Virus record (IMG/VR): IMGVR_UViG_3300021138_002231
Location: 19,936-83,935 of that record
DNA: 64,000 nucleotides
Source of the DNA: a virus
Direction: 5' to 3' (one strand)
Below the pieces are notes generated by a model. It ran no database searches, had not been told where the DNA came from, and was given only the letters and a program-made list of their open reading frames with translations. Positions 1-7,452 of this stretch are shown here, one piece after another. Made by a program: the position numbers and the translations under genes. Positions within the stretch are counted from its first letter, which is position 1. Each line of letters starts with the position of its first letter.

Positions 1-2
1 AG

Positions 3-953
3 TTTGAAGGACAAACTAAAAGTAAATTAGGTTCTCCAGAAGGTGAAAGCGTAGTAAATAAACTTTTTGGTGAAGCTTTAACTGAATACTTTGAAAAGAA
101 TCCTTCTATCGTTAAAACTATAGTTGAGAGAGCTTTAATTGCGCAAAAGGCTAGAGAAGCGGCTAAAAAACAATCAGAACTTATTAAACGAAAGAGTTTC
201 TTAGGAAAATCCAATCGCTTGCCTGGTAAATTAAAAGATTGTAATATGGAAGATCGTGATTCTACAGAAATATTCATCGTAGAAGGCGATTCGGCGGCTG
301 GTAGTGCAAAAGATGGACGCGATCCTCAAACACAAGCTATTTTGCCAATTAGAGGTAAAATTATCAATGCTGAAAAGAATGACTTAACTTCTCTTTTAAA
401 GAATCAGGAAGTTCAATCATTAATTTCTGCTATCGGTGTTGGAGTATTAATTAATGAAGATGAGTCAGAAGAAAATACTGATTTTAATCTTGATAATAGA
501 CGTTATAGTAAAATCATCCTAATGACCGACGCTGACGTTGATGGAAGTCATATTGCAACTCTGCTGTTAACATTTTTGTATCGATTTATGCGGCCTCTTG
601 TTGCAAATGGATATGTGTACCTAGCTCAGCCTCCTTTATATCGCGTTGATATTGGTAAAAAATCAACATATTGCTGGACTGAAGAAGAAATGACAGAATT
701 AGTCAGTTCTGCAAATGGCAAGGCAAAAACTGTTCGATTTAAAGGACTTGGAGAAATGAATCCTGAAGAACTTGCTGTTACAACAATGCATAGAGAAACA
801 CGTCGATTGCTTAGAGTTAATGTTTCAAATGCAGGAGATGCAGATCAGATGCTTTCAATCCTAATGGGTAGAAATGTTGCCGCACGTAAAGAACATATTA
901 TCAAACGATCAGAAGAAAGAACTTCTAACGACCTTGCGACAATTGTCGCCTAA
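3..953 (+). CDS. gyrB: DNA gyrase subunit B, C-terminal part (5'-truncated by window edge)
   Basis: Frame is open from nt 3 (FEGQTKSKLG...) upstream of the tracked 219 start. Toprim motifs IVEGDSAAGSAK, LPIRGKIIN, IILMTDADVDGSHI and RFKGLGEMNPEEL. Confidence 0.95.
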   Translation, partial: FEGQTKSKLGSPEGESVVNKLFGEALTEYFEKNPSIVKTIVERALIAQKAREAAKKQSELIKRKSFLGKSNRLPGKLKDCNMEDRDSTEIFIVEGDSAAGSAKDGRDPQTQAILPIRGKIINAEKNDLTSLLKNQEVQSLISAIGVGVLINEDESEENTDFNLDNRRYSKIILMTDADVDGSHIATLLLTFLYRFMRPLVANGYVYLAQPPLYRVDIGKKSTYCWTEEEMTELVSSANGKAKTVRFKGLGEMNPEELAVTTMHRETRRLLRVNVSNAGDADQMLSILMGRNVAARKEHIIKRSEERTSNDLATIVA

Positions 954-959
954 AATACC

Positions 960-3482
960 ATGAGAAAAAAGAACAACAAACTAAATCAAGACGATAATTT
1001 GACATCTATTACAGAACATATTTCTGATGAAGAAATTACTGAATTATTAGATGAAAATTATATGCGTTATACATTCGCCGTCATGGAAGATCGCGCTCTT
1101 CCAGAAGCTAAAGATGGCTTAAAACCATCGCAAAGACGTATTTTAGTCGCAATGAATGATTTGAGACTAAATTATTCGAGTTCAACTGAAAAATGTGCTA
1201 AAATCTGTGGTGAAACATCTGGTAACTATCATCCACATGGTGAAGCTATTGTTTACCCAACATTGATTCGCATGGCACAAGATTGGGTCTTGAGATATCC
1301 TTTAATTAAAGGTCAGGGTAATCTTGGTAATGTTGGAGGCGATCCTCCAGCGGCTATGCGATACACCGAAGCAAAGCTTTCTCGGGCTGGTGAAGCAATG
1401 TTGTCTGATCTTTCTGAAGATGTTGTGCCATATGTTGCTAACTATAATGAAAAGTTAAGAGAACCAACTATTTTACCTTCTATTCTACCAAATCTTATTG
1501 TGAATGGTGGTAGCGGAATTGCAGTTGGTGTAGCTTGTAAACTTGCTCCTCATAATTTAAGAGAAGTTACAGAAGTTATCAAGGCTTATATTGCTAATCC
1601 AAATTTAACAGTTGATGAAATTATATCATTAATGCCTGGTCCTGATTTTCCCACTGGCGGAATCTTACGTGGGCAAAAAGGTGTTAGAGATTATTATGAA
1701 GCTGGTAGAGGATCGCTCACTATCGATGGCATTTATGAAATAACTGAGGGCCATAAAGGAGCACAAAATATTGTAATCACTGGATTACCATATGGATCAA
1801 GTCCTGAAAAACTAGCCGAACAAATCGAAGAACTTGTTAAAGAGAAAAAGATTGATGGCATCACTGACCTTAAAGATTTATCACATCGTAAAAATGGACA
1901 AACAGTTATTCAATTGATTGTTGAAGTAGGTAAAGGCGGGAATGCGAATCTTGTATTAAATCAATTACTTAAATCAACAAGTCTGCGAGTTTCTTTTGAT
2001 GTTAATCAAACTATTCTCATTGATGGTAAAGTCGTTGAAAATGCCCCCTTAAAGAGCCTTATTAAGGCTTTTGTGGATCATAGGCAAAATATATTGACAA
2101 ACAAGTTTAATGCTGAATTAAAGAAGAATCAAGCAAGAGTTCATATTCTTGATGGTTTGTTAAAAGTATCTTTGAACATTGATAAAGCTATTAAGCTTAT
2201 TCGGGCAAGCGATAATGCTGATAGTGCTATCCAAGCTTTATTAGACAATGATCTTGTTGATACAGAAATTCAAGCAAAAGCTGTTTTGGCGATTACATTG
2301 CGTCAACTTACTAAATTAGAGGCTAATTCTTTGGAAACTGAGAGAAAGAATCTATTAGAACGCAATGAATGGCTTACTGACATTCTTGGTAATAATAAAA
2401 AGCTTTTGAAATATATTGCAAAAGAACAAGAAGATTTTGCAAAATTATATGGAGATGATCGCAGAACAATTATTGGAGATGATACATCTGGTATTACTGC
2501 TGAAGATTTGATTCCTGAAGAACAAATTATCATCAGTTTAACAAAGGATGGATATATCAAGCGCGTACCTGTAAATACTTATAGGGTTCAAAAGCGTGGT
2601 GGAAAAGGCATGATTGGCGTAGGCAAAAGAGAAGCAGATGAAGCATCTGATATTTTCACTGGAAGTACACATGAATTGTTCTTATTCTTCTCAAATAAAG
2701 GAATTATGTATCGAAAGAAAGGTTATCAAATTCCTGAAGCTTCAAGAACTGGGAAAGGTATTCACTTAGCCAATCTTCTTTCTTTGTCTGCTGGTGAAGT
2801 TATTACTAACACTATTACAGTTAAAACATTAGATCAAGACGGAACATTAGTTATTGTTACTAAAAATGGTTTAATTAAGCGTACTGATATTAGAGAATAT
2901 GATTCACAACGCATTTCTAAGAAATTTGGGGCAATTAAACTTGAAGACAATGATGAAGTACAGTGTGTTACAATCACAGATGGCAAACAAGATATTGTCC
3001 TAATTACACAGAATGGTATGGCTGTAAGATATTCAGAGAATATTGTTCGGAAAACTGCTCGTATGACTAAGGGTTGTCAAGCTATGAATCTTGCTAAAAC
3101 AGATTGTATTGTGTCTATGTTAACGCTTGATAAGAATGAAAATCCCGATGTATTAGTAGTCACCACAAAGGGATATGCTAAGAAAACATTAGCTTCGGAA
3201 TATCGATGTTTGCAAGGAAGATACGCTAAAGGTGTGCGAACTATCGACATTGATAAATCTGATCGCAATGGTGCCATTGTAAGTGCATTAATTGTTACAG
3301 ATGAAGATACACTTTTATTCCTTACGAATAAAGGAACTATCATGAGAATGGCTGTTGCTGAAATTAAAGCTAAAGGAAGAAGTACTATGGGATCAAGGGC
3401 TATCAAAATAGAAGATGATACAACTCAAGTCGTTTCTGTAATTACAGCAAGTTGTGAAGAAGATGAAGAAGAAATAGAATAA
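960..3482 (+). CDS. gyrA: DNA gyrase subunit A
   Basis: RALPEAKDGLKPSQRR, YHPHGE, catalytic AAMRYTEA, GPDFPTGG. GyrA-box QKRGGKG followed by pinwheel blades and an acidic tail. Confidence 0.95.
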   Translation: MRKKNNKLNQDDNLTSITEHISDEEITELLDENYMRYTFAVMEDRALPEAKDGLKPSQRRILVAMNDLRLNYSSSTEKCAKICGETSGNYHPHGEAIVYPTLIRMAQDWVLRYPLIKGQGNLGNVGGDPPAAMRYTEAKLSRAGEAMLSDLSEDVVPYVANYNEKLREPTILPSILPNLIVNGGSGIAVGVACKLAPHNLREVTEVIKAYIANPNLTVDEIISLMPGPDFPTGGILRGQKGVRDYYEAGRGSLTIDGIYEITEGHKGAQNIVITGLPYGSSPEKLAEQIEELVKEKKIDGITDLKDLSHRKNGQTVIQLIVEVGKGGNANLVLNQLLKSTSLRVSFDVNQTILIDGKVVENAPLKSLIKAFVDHRQNILTNKFNAELKKNQARVHILDGLLKVSLNIDKAIKLIRASDNADSAIQALLDNDLVDTEIQAKAVLAITLRQLTKLEANSLETERKNLLERNEWLTDILGNNKKLLKYIAKEQEDFAKLYGDDRRTIIGDDTSGITAEDLIPEEQIIISLTKDGYIKRVPVNTYRVQKRGGKGMIGVGKREADEASDIFTGSTHELFLFFSNKGIMYRKKGYQIPEASRTGKGIHLANLLSLSAGEVITNTITVKTLDQDGTLVIVTKNGLIKRTDIREYDSQRISKKFGAIKLEDNDEVQCVTITDGKQDIVLITQNGMAVRYSENIVRKTARMTKGCQAMNLAKTDCIVSMLTLDKNENPDVLVVTTKGYAKKTLASEYRCLQGRYAKGVRTIDIDKSDRNGAIVSALIVTDEDTLLFLTNKGTIMRMAVAEIKAKGRSTMGSRAIKIEDDTTQVVSVITASCEEDEEEIE

Positions 3483-3497
3483 CATTCTATTTACATT

Positions 3498-3539
3498 ATA
3501 AAAAACACTTGGAAAGATATCTTTCCAAGTGTTTTTTAT
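3498..3539. terminator. 42-bp perfect palindrome, probable bidirectional intrinsic terminator
   Basis: ATAAAAAACACTTGGAAAGAT|ATCTTTCCAAGTGTTTTTTAT with A/T tracts, just after the gyrA stop. Confidence 0.75.
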
Positions 3540-3542
3540 TTA

Positions 3543-3570
3543 AAGGGATGTCATATAAATGTTTTGAATA
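3543..3570 (+). promoter_or_regulatory. AAGG-N19-GAATA promoter-like motif
   Basis: One of 8 intergenic copies. ATG follows 9 nt after the motif with no SD. Confidence 0.65.
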
Positions 3571-3579
3571 TTACATTAT

Positions 3580-4518
3580 ATGGCATTTCCAGGATTTTTA
3601 TCAAGATTTGAACCCGCAACAGGATTATTGGTGCGGGGCATTTTAGTTAATGGTCATTATCTCTTAACAGATACTTGTCAAGTATTCCCACAACAAGAAA
3701 TTGATTTAAATTGGCTCATACAAGGCGGTTCTGGTGGTAGTATCGCTAATCTAGGAAGAAAACATATTGAGGGACAAATATCTTGCCCTATTAGAGTAGA
3801 TCAAAATGGAAATTTAGAACAGGCTGTACAGGAAATTTTAAATAATGCTCAATTTCCAAATACACCTTTAAGGATAGATACAAATCATGTTCTTTCAGAT
3901 TTAAGAACAACAGCAGACAATGGAGGCACAGATAATAATTTACTTTTATCTATGGATTGTTTAGTTGTCAAAGATTTAACTGTCACAGCTACTCCGAATG
4001 AAGGTGTCAAACTCACAGCAACTGTAATTGGCATGATTGATAGTAGAACTTCCACTGATCTTATTACATCTCCTGATGGACATTATTTAGGGAGAACGAT
4101 ATCTTGGGCTGAATGCGATGCTGAAAGATTTCAATCTTCAATGCGAAGTGTCGTTAAAATAGTTGCAAGCATAAATAATCAAGTAGAAATTCCCACATTT
4201 TTACTTCCATATACAGCCTCTATTAATAGCAGATCAGATCAACCTACATTTGTAGGTGTTAAACAATGCAAATGGGGTGGAAATTTTGAAGAATTTCTCA
4301 GATTAGGTAATGATAAAGAAACATACATACATGGAGGTTGGATGGTAGGTGAAAATTTAGTATTTACTTTCGGTCCAATTAAAGCAATTTATCCAGTTCC
4401 ATTGTTTAAAATAAGCCAACAACCTTTAACATATAACATTTTAAAAAGAAATACTGAATTCTTTTTTCAAAATTCACCCAACTATGCTTATCAACAAGGT
4501 GGACTTTTTACATTTTGA
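3580..4518 (+). CDS. Putative tail-tube-like virion protein (paralog 1)
   Basis: 312 aa, beta-rich. N-terminal LIQG..I.NLG...E..I..PI pattern shared with the next gene. The tail-tube call is inference. Confidence 0.45.
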   Translation: MAFPGFLSRFEPATGLLVRGILVNGHYLLTDTCQVFPQQEIDLNWLIQGGSGGSIANLGRKHIEGQISCPIRVDQNGNLEQAVQEILNNAQFPNTPLRIDTNHVLSDLRTTADNGGTDNNLLLSMDCLVVKDLTVTATPNEGVKLTATVIGMIDSRTSTDLITSPDGHYLGRTISWAECDAERFQSSMRSVVKIVASINNQVEIPTFLLPYTASINSRSDQPTFVGVKQCKWGGNFEEFLRLGNDKETYIHGGWMVGENLVFTFGPIKAIYPVPLFKISQQPLTYNILKRNTEFFFQNSPNYAYQQGGLFTF

Positions 4519-4548
4519 GAATAATAAAAATACACGATTGAAAAATAG

Positions 4549-4575
4549 AAGGTATTTTATACGTTTTAGAGAATC
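4549..4575 (+). promoter_or_regulatory. AAGG-N18-GAATC promoter-like motif
   Basis: Intergenic, upstream of SD AGGAG and ATG 4619. Confidence 0.55.
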
Positions 4576-4618
4576 AAATTGACAAAGAAGGAATAGAAAC
4601 TTAGGAGAATGCAACAGT

Positions 4619-5557
4619 ATGCCAGTCAATAACAATATATTTGGCGTTAATAAAACGCTTCAAATAGCAGGAAGTCTAATTTTGGCAGCATCCGCGAACC
4701 GCAGATTAACTATGCAGGTTCAAAATAAGCCATTAATTCAAGGCACTCCCAAAACAAGAATTTTAGATATTGGTGGCGTGACTGAAGAAATTACTATTGA
4801 CTCACCTATCTTAATTGGCGGGGCTGCTGCTTATGACGGAAGAACATTATTAAATAATCGATTAAATGATTATTTAGGTAATCCAGCGAATGCAACTTTG
4901 CCTTTGCTTAAAAGTGCAAATATTTCTATTAATCAACAACAGGCTAATGTTGATTTGAATTTAATTTCTGATGGTGACCCAGCTAATGCGAATGTATTTT
5001 TAGTTACTGATCTTCAAATACCTGAACTTGATCCAAGTTCTTCTGGAGGGCCAACACGTTTGGCTAGATTCTACGATTTCAGAGTATATTTAGCTGGATA
5101 TTATTATTTTGTAACTGATGCAAGAATATCTGTTGAAGTTGATTCTCAAAATCTATATTTCCTTACACCATACAATGAAACTGTTGGAAATCAATTTCCT
5201 ACAGTAGGTATTTCGGCTATCAAGATTTCTGGTTCTGGTAAAGCGGCGGCTTTGTTGCAAGACCCTAATTCTTCAGACCCATATTTCCAAAATCCAGGAG
5301 ATGATTACAATGCTGAAGCATATTTAACTACTAATAATTATCCTCTAACATTACAACATTCAGGATTAGTTGATTATGTCAATACTGGGCCTAATGATGG
5401 CAGTTTTGCGATACAAATCTATAATGGCAGTGCATGGGTGGATTTATTTAGCGGAACTTCTATTGATTTGTCATATTCTGTTTTAAGTAAAAGCGAATTT
5501 AGAGTTGAACCAGGTTTGATGACTGTTGATTTTGCGTTTAACTGCTGGGTGAAATAA
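4619..5557 (+). CDS. Putative tail-tube-like virion protein (paralog 2)
   Basis: 312 aa with SD AGGAG. LIQGTPKTRILDIGGVTEEITIDSPIL aligns with paralog 1. Confidence 0.45.
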   Translation: MPVNNNIFGVNKTLQIAGSLILAASANRRLTMQVQNKPLIQGTPKTRILDIGGVTEEITIDSPILIGGAAAYDGRTLLNNRLNDYLGNPANATLPLLKSANISINQQQANVDLNLISDGDPANANVFLVTDLQIPELDPSSSGGPTRLARFYDFRVYLAGYYYFVTDARISVEVDSQNLYFLTPYNETVGNQFPTVGISAIKISGSGKAAALLQDPNSSDPYFQNPGDDYNAEAYLTTNNYPLTLQHSGLVDYVNTGPNDGSFAIQIYNGSAWVDLFSGTSIDLSYSVLSKSEFRVEPGLMTVDFAFNCWVK

Positions 5558-5628
5558 CAATTCCTTAAAATCTGAACAAATCTGAACATTTGTGAACAAA
5601 ACACAATTTTTAACAATTAAATTTACAC

Positions 5629-5674
5629 AATTCCTTCTAAATGAAGGTTTTACAAACAAAATTTAGAAGGAATT
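5629..5674 (+). promoter_or_regulatory. 14-bp stem hairpin covering the putative tnpB Shine-Dalgarno
   Basis: AATTCCTTCTAAAT (5629-5642) / ATTTAGAAGGAATT (5661-5674). AGAAGGA lies in the 3' arm. Confidence 0.55.
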
Positions 5675-5684
5675 ATAGATTCCA

Positions 5685-6902
5685 ATGAAATCTTTCAAAA
5701 CTGAATTAATTCTCAATAATAAAGAAATTACAAAATGTAAAAAACATGCTGGCGTAGCCAGACATGCTTGGAATTGGGCATTGGAACAAACACAAAAAGC
5801 ATTAGATGACAAAGAATTATTGCCTTCAGCAATCATTTTACACAAACGTCTTGTGGCAGAAGTAAAGAAAAATAATCCTTGGTATTATGAAGTGAGTAAA
5901 TACACTCCTCAACAAGCATTAAGAAATCTTGAAGTATCTTGGAAAAGATGTTTTAAAAAATTATCTAAAAAACCAAAATTTAAAAAGAAAGAACAAAATG
6001 ATTCTTTTTATCTTGAAGGTAAAATTCAGATAAAAGGAAATAAAATTAAACTACCAAATCTTGGATGGATAAAAACACATGAAGTTCTACCTGAGATTCT
6101 TAAAGGAGAATCTGGTACAGCAAATGTTACAATATCTGAAAGAGCAGGCAGATGGTTTATTAGTTATAAAGTAAATCATAAACCTGAAATAACAGATAAA
6201 ACACTAGATTGTGCAGGTATGGATTTAGGAATTAAAACATTAGCAACACTATCTGATGGAACGACTTTTGAAAATCCTAAAGCATATAGAAAGAATAAAG
6301 CAAAGTTATCTAGAACACAGAGAAGTTTTTCAAGAAAGAAAAAAGGTTCTGCGAATGGAACTAAACAAAAACAAAAACTACGAAAGATACATTATAGAAT
6401 TGCGAACATTCGCAAAAACGCAATTCATAAGATAACATCTTATCTCACTAAGAATCACAGTGAGATTGTGTTGGAAGACTTAAATGTATCTGGTATGATG
6501 AAAAACCATAAGTTGGCATCCGCAATCGCAGATTGCGGATTTCATGAATTTAGAAGACAATTAGAATATAAATCTGAATGGCATGGATGTACATTAACAT
6601 TTGTTGACAGATTCTTTCCAAGTAGTAAAATTTTCTCTAATTGTGGATGTAAAAAGGAACAACTATCGCTTTCCGAGCGTATGTTTAATTGTTCAGATTG
6701 TGGTTTTCAGATTGATAGAGATTTAAATGCTGCTATTAATTTGAAAAAACAAATAAAATCCATACCCGAAGCTCTCGGGGAATTAACGCCTGTGGAGATG
6801 AAAGCTCTGGTTGCTGGCAAAGCCAGCAACGAAACTATCGTCACAGAAGCAGGAATAAAATATCAGTTAAGAACAAATGTTCAGAATTGTGTAAGTTTTT
6901 AA
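5685..6902 (+). CDS. tnpB: RNA-guided endonuclease TnpB
   Basis: N-terminal HTH (AGVARHAWNWAL). RuvC residues GMDLG, VLEDL and DRDLNAA. Zn ribbon FSNC...CSDC. Confidence 0.95.
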   Translation: MKSFKTELILNNKEITKCKKHAGVARHAWNWALEQTQKALDDKELLPSAIILHKRLVAEVKKNNPWYYEVSKYTPQQALRNLEVSWKRCFKKLSKKPKFKKKEQNDSFYLEGKIQIKGNKIKLPNLGWIKTHEVLPEILKGESGTANVTISERAGRWFISYKVNHKPEITDKTLDCAGMDLGIKTLATLSDGTTFENPKAYRKNKAKLSRTQRSFSRKKKGSANGTKQKQKLRKIHYRIANIRKNAIHKITSYLTKNHSEIVLEDLNVSGMMKNHKLASAIADCGFHEFRRQLEYKSEWHGCTLTFVDRFFPSSKIFSNCGCKKEQLSLSERMFNCSDCGFQIDRDLNAAINLKKQIKSIPEALGELTPVEMKALVAGKASNETIVTEAGIKYQLRTNVQNCVSF

Positions 6903-6928
6903 GAGCGGTGAAATAATTGTATAATTCA
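6760..6928 (+). ncRNA. Putative TnpB omegaRNA (scaffold overlapping the tnpB 3' end, plus guide past the right end)
   Basis: Hairpins CCCGA/TCGGG (6765-6779) and GTTGCTGGC/GCCAGCAAC (6810-6830), and CCTG/CAGG pairing. Position is typical of omegaRNA. Boundaries are approximate. Confidence 0.6.
6918..6925 (+). promoter_or_regulatory. TGTATAAT sigma70-like -10 element
   Basis: 8 nt before ATG 6934. The same octamer occurs on the - strand at 13355-13362, 38791-38798 and 46907-46914. Confidence 0.5.
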
Positions 6929-6933
6929 AAACC

Positions 6934-7452
6934 ATGAACATTCCTAAATCTAAAATAACTCAGAAAGATATTTCTAAAATAAAAGAAACTGATGAATTAG
7001 AATTAGTTCCTATGGTTTTAAGCAAATTGCTTTTAAGTAATCAAGACGGAAGTGTGGCTGTATTAGAAGCCGACGATAAAGCATTTACTTATGCATTAGA
7101 TTCTTACGAAGGAACACAACTTAGCTTTGCTAATGCTGGACTTTCAGATCATAGTCATATTAAAACAATCTACCAATTGTTTTTAGGATGGCTAAGAGAT
7201 CAAGAAGTTAAATTGACTAATATTATGCTTGAAGCGAAAGTTGGTGATGTACACTATGTAAGACTAGAGTGGACAGATAAACAAAATAAAAAGATTTACA
7301 GTATGGTGTCGTTGGGAGACGCTTTAATTCTATCACTTTTAACCAAAACAAAAATGTCTATTATTAAAAATGTCATACCATTAATGAATGAATATGATGA
7401 GAATTGGCCTTACGAAGTTGAAATTATCGATTTTGAAAGCAATGATGATTAG
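6934..7452 (+). CDS. Divergent DUF151 / bifunctional nuclease family protein
   Basis: Pattern V.VLE..K.F.Y.L..YEG..L ... TIYQL ... V.L..I.LE..VG.VHYV.L ... GDAL.L.L matches the DUF151 layout, but the usual RPxTHDL and DARPSDA motifs are altered. Confidence 0.6.
   Translation: MNIPKSKITQKDISKIKETDELELVPMVLSKLLLSNQDGSVAVLEADDKAFTYALDSYEGTQLSFANAGLSDHSHIKTIYQLFLGWLRDQEVKLTNIMLEAKVGDVHYVRLEWTDKQNKKIYSMVSLGDALILSLLTKTKMSIIKNVIPLMNEYDENWPYEVEIIDFESNDD

Larger units (their letters stand above)
5548..6908 (+). mobile_element. Non-autonomous tnpB-only element with IS607-type ends
   Basis: GG at both junctions. Left end has three 10-bp repeats T(C/G)TGAACA(A/T)(A/T) at 5571-5600. TCTGAACATTTGT (5581-5593) is inverted at 6873-6885. 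Right end GTAAGTTTTTAAGAGCGG. No tnpA. Confidence 0.75.

Noticed and set aside
5571-5600. CRISPR-like or iteron repeats
   Set aside because: Three abutting 10-bp units without spacers, inverted at the other end of the element. Better explained as IS607-type end motifs.
5548-5685. IStron (group I intron fused to the IS)
   Set aside because: Only about 135 AT-rich nt between the left end and tnpB, with no recognisable ribozyme core.
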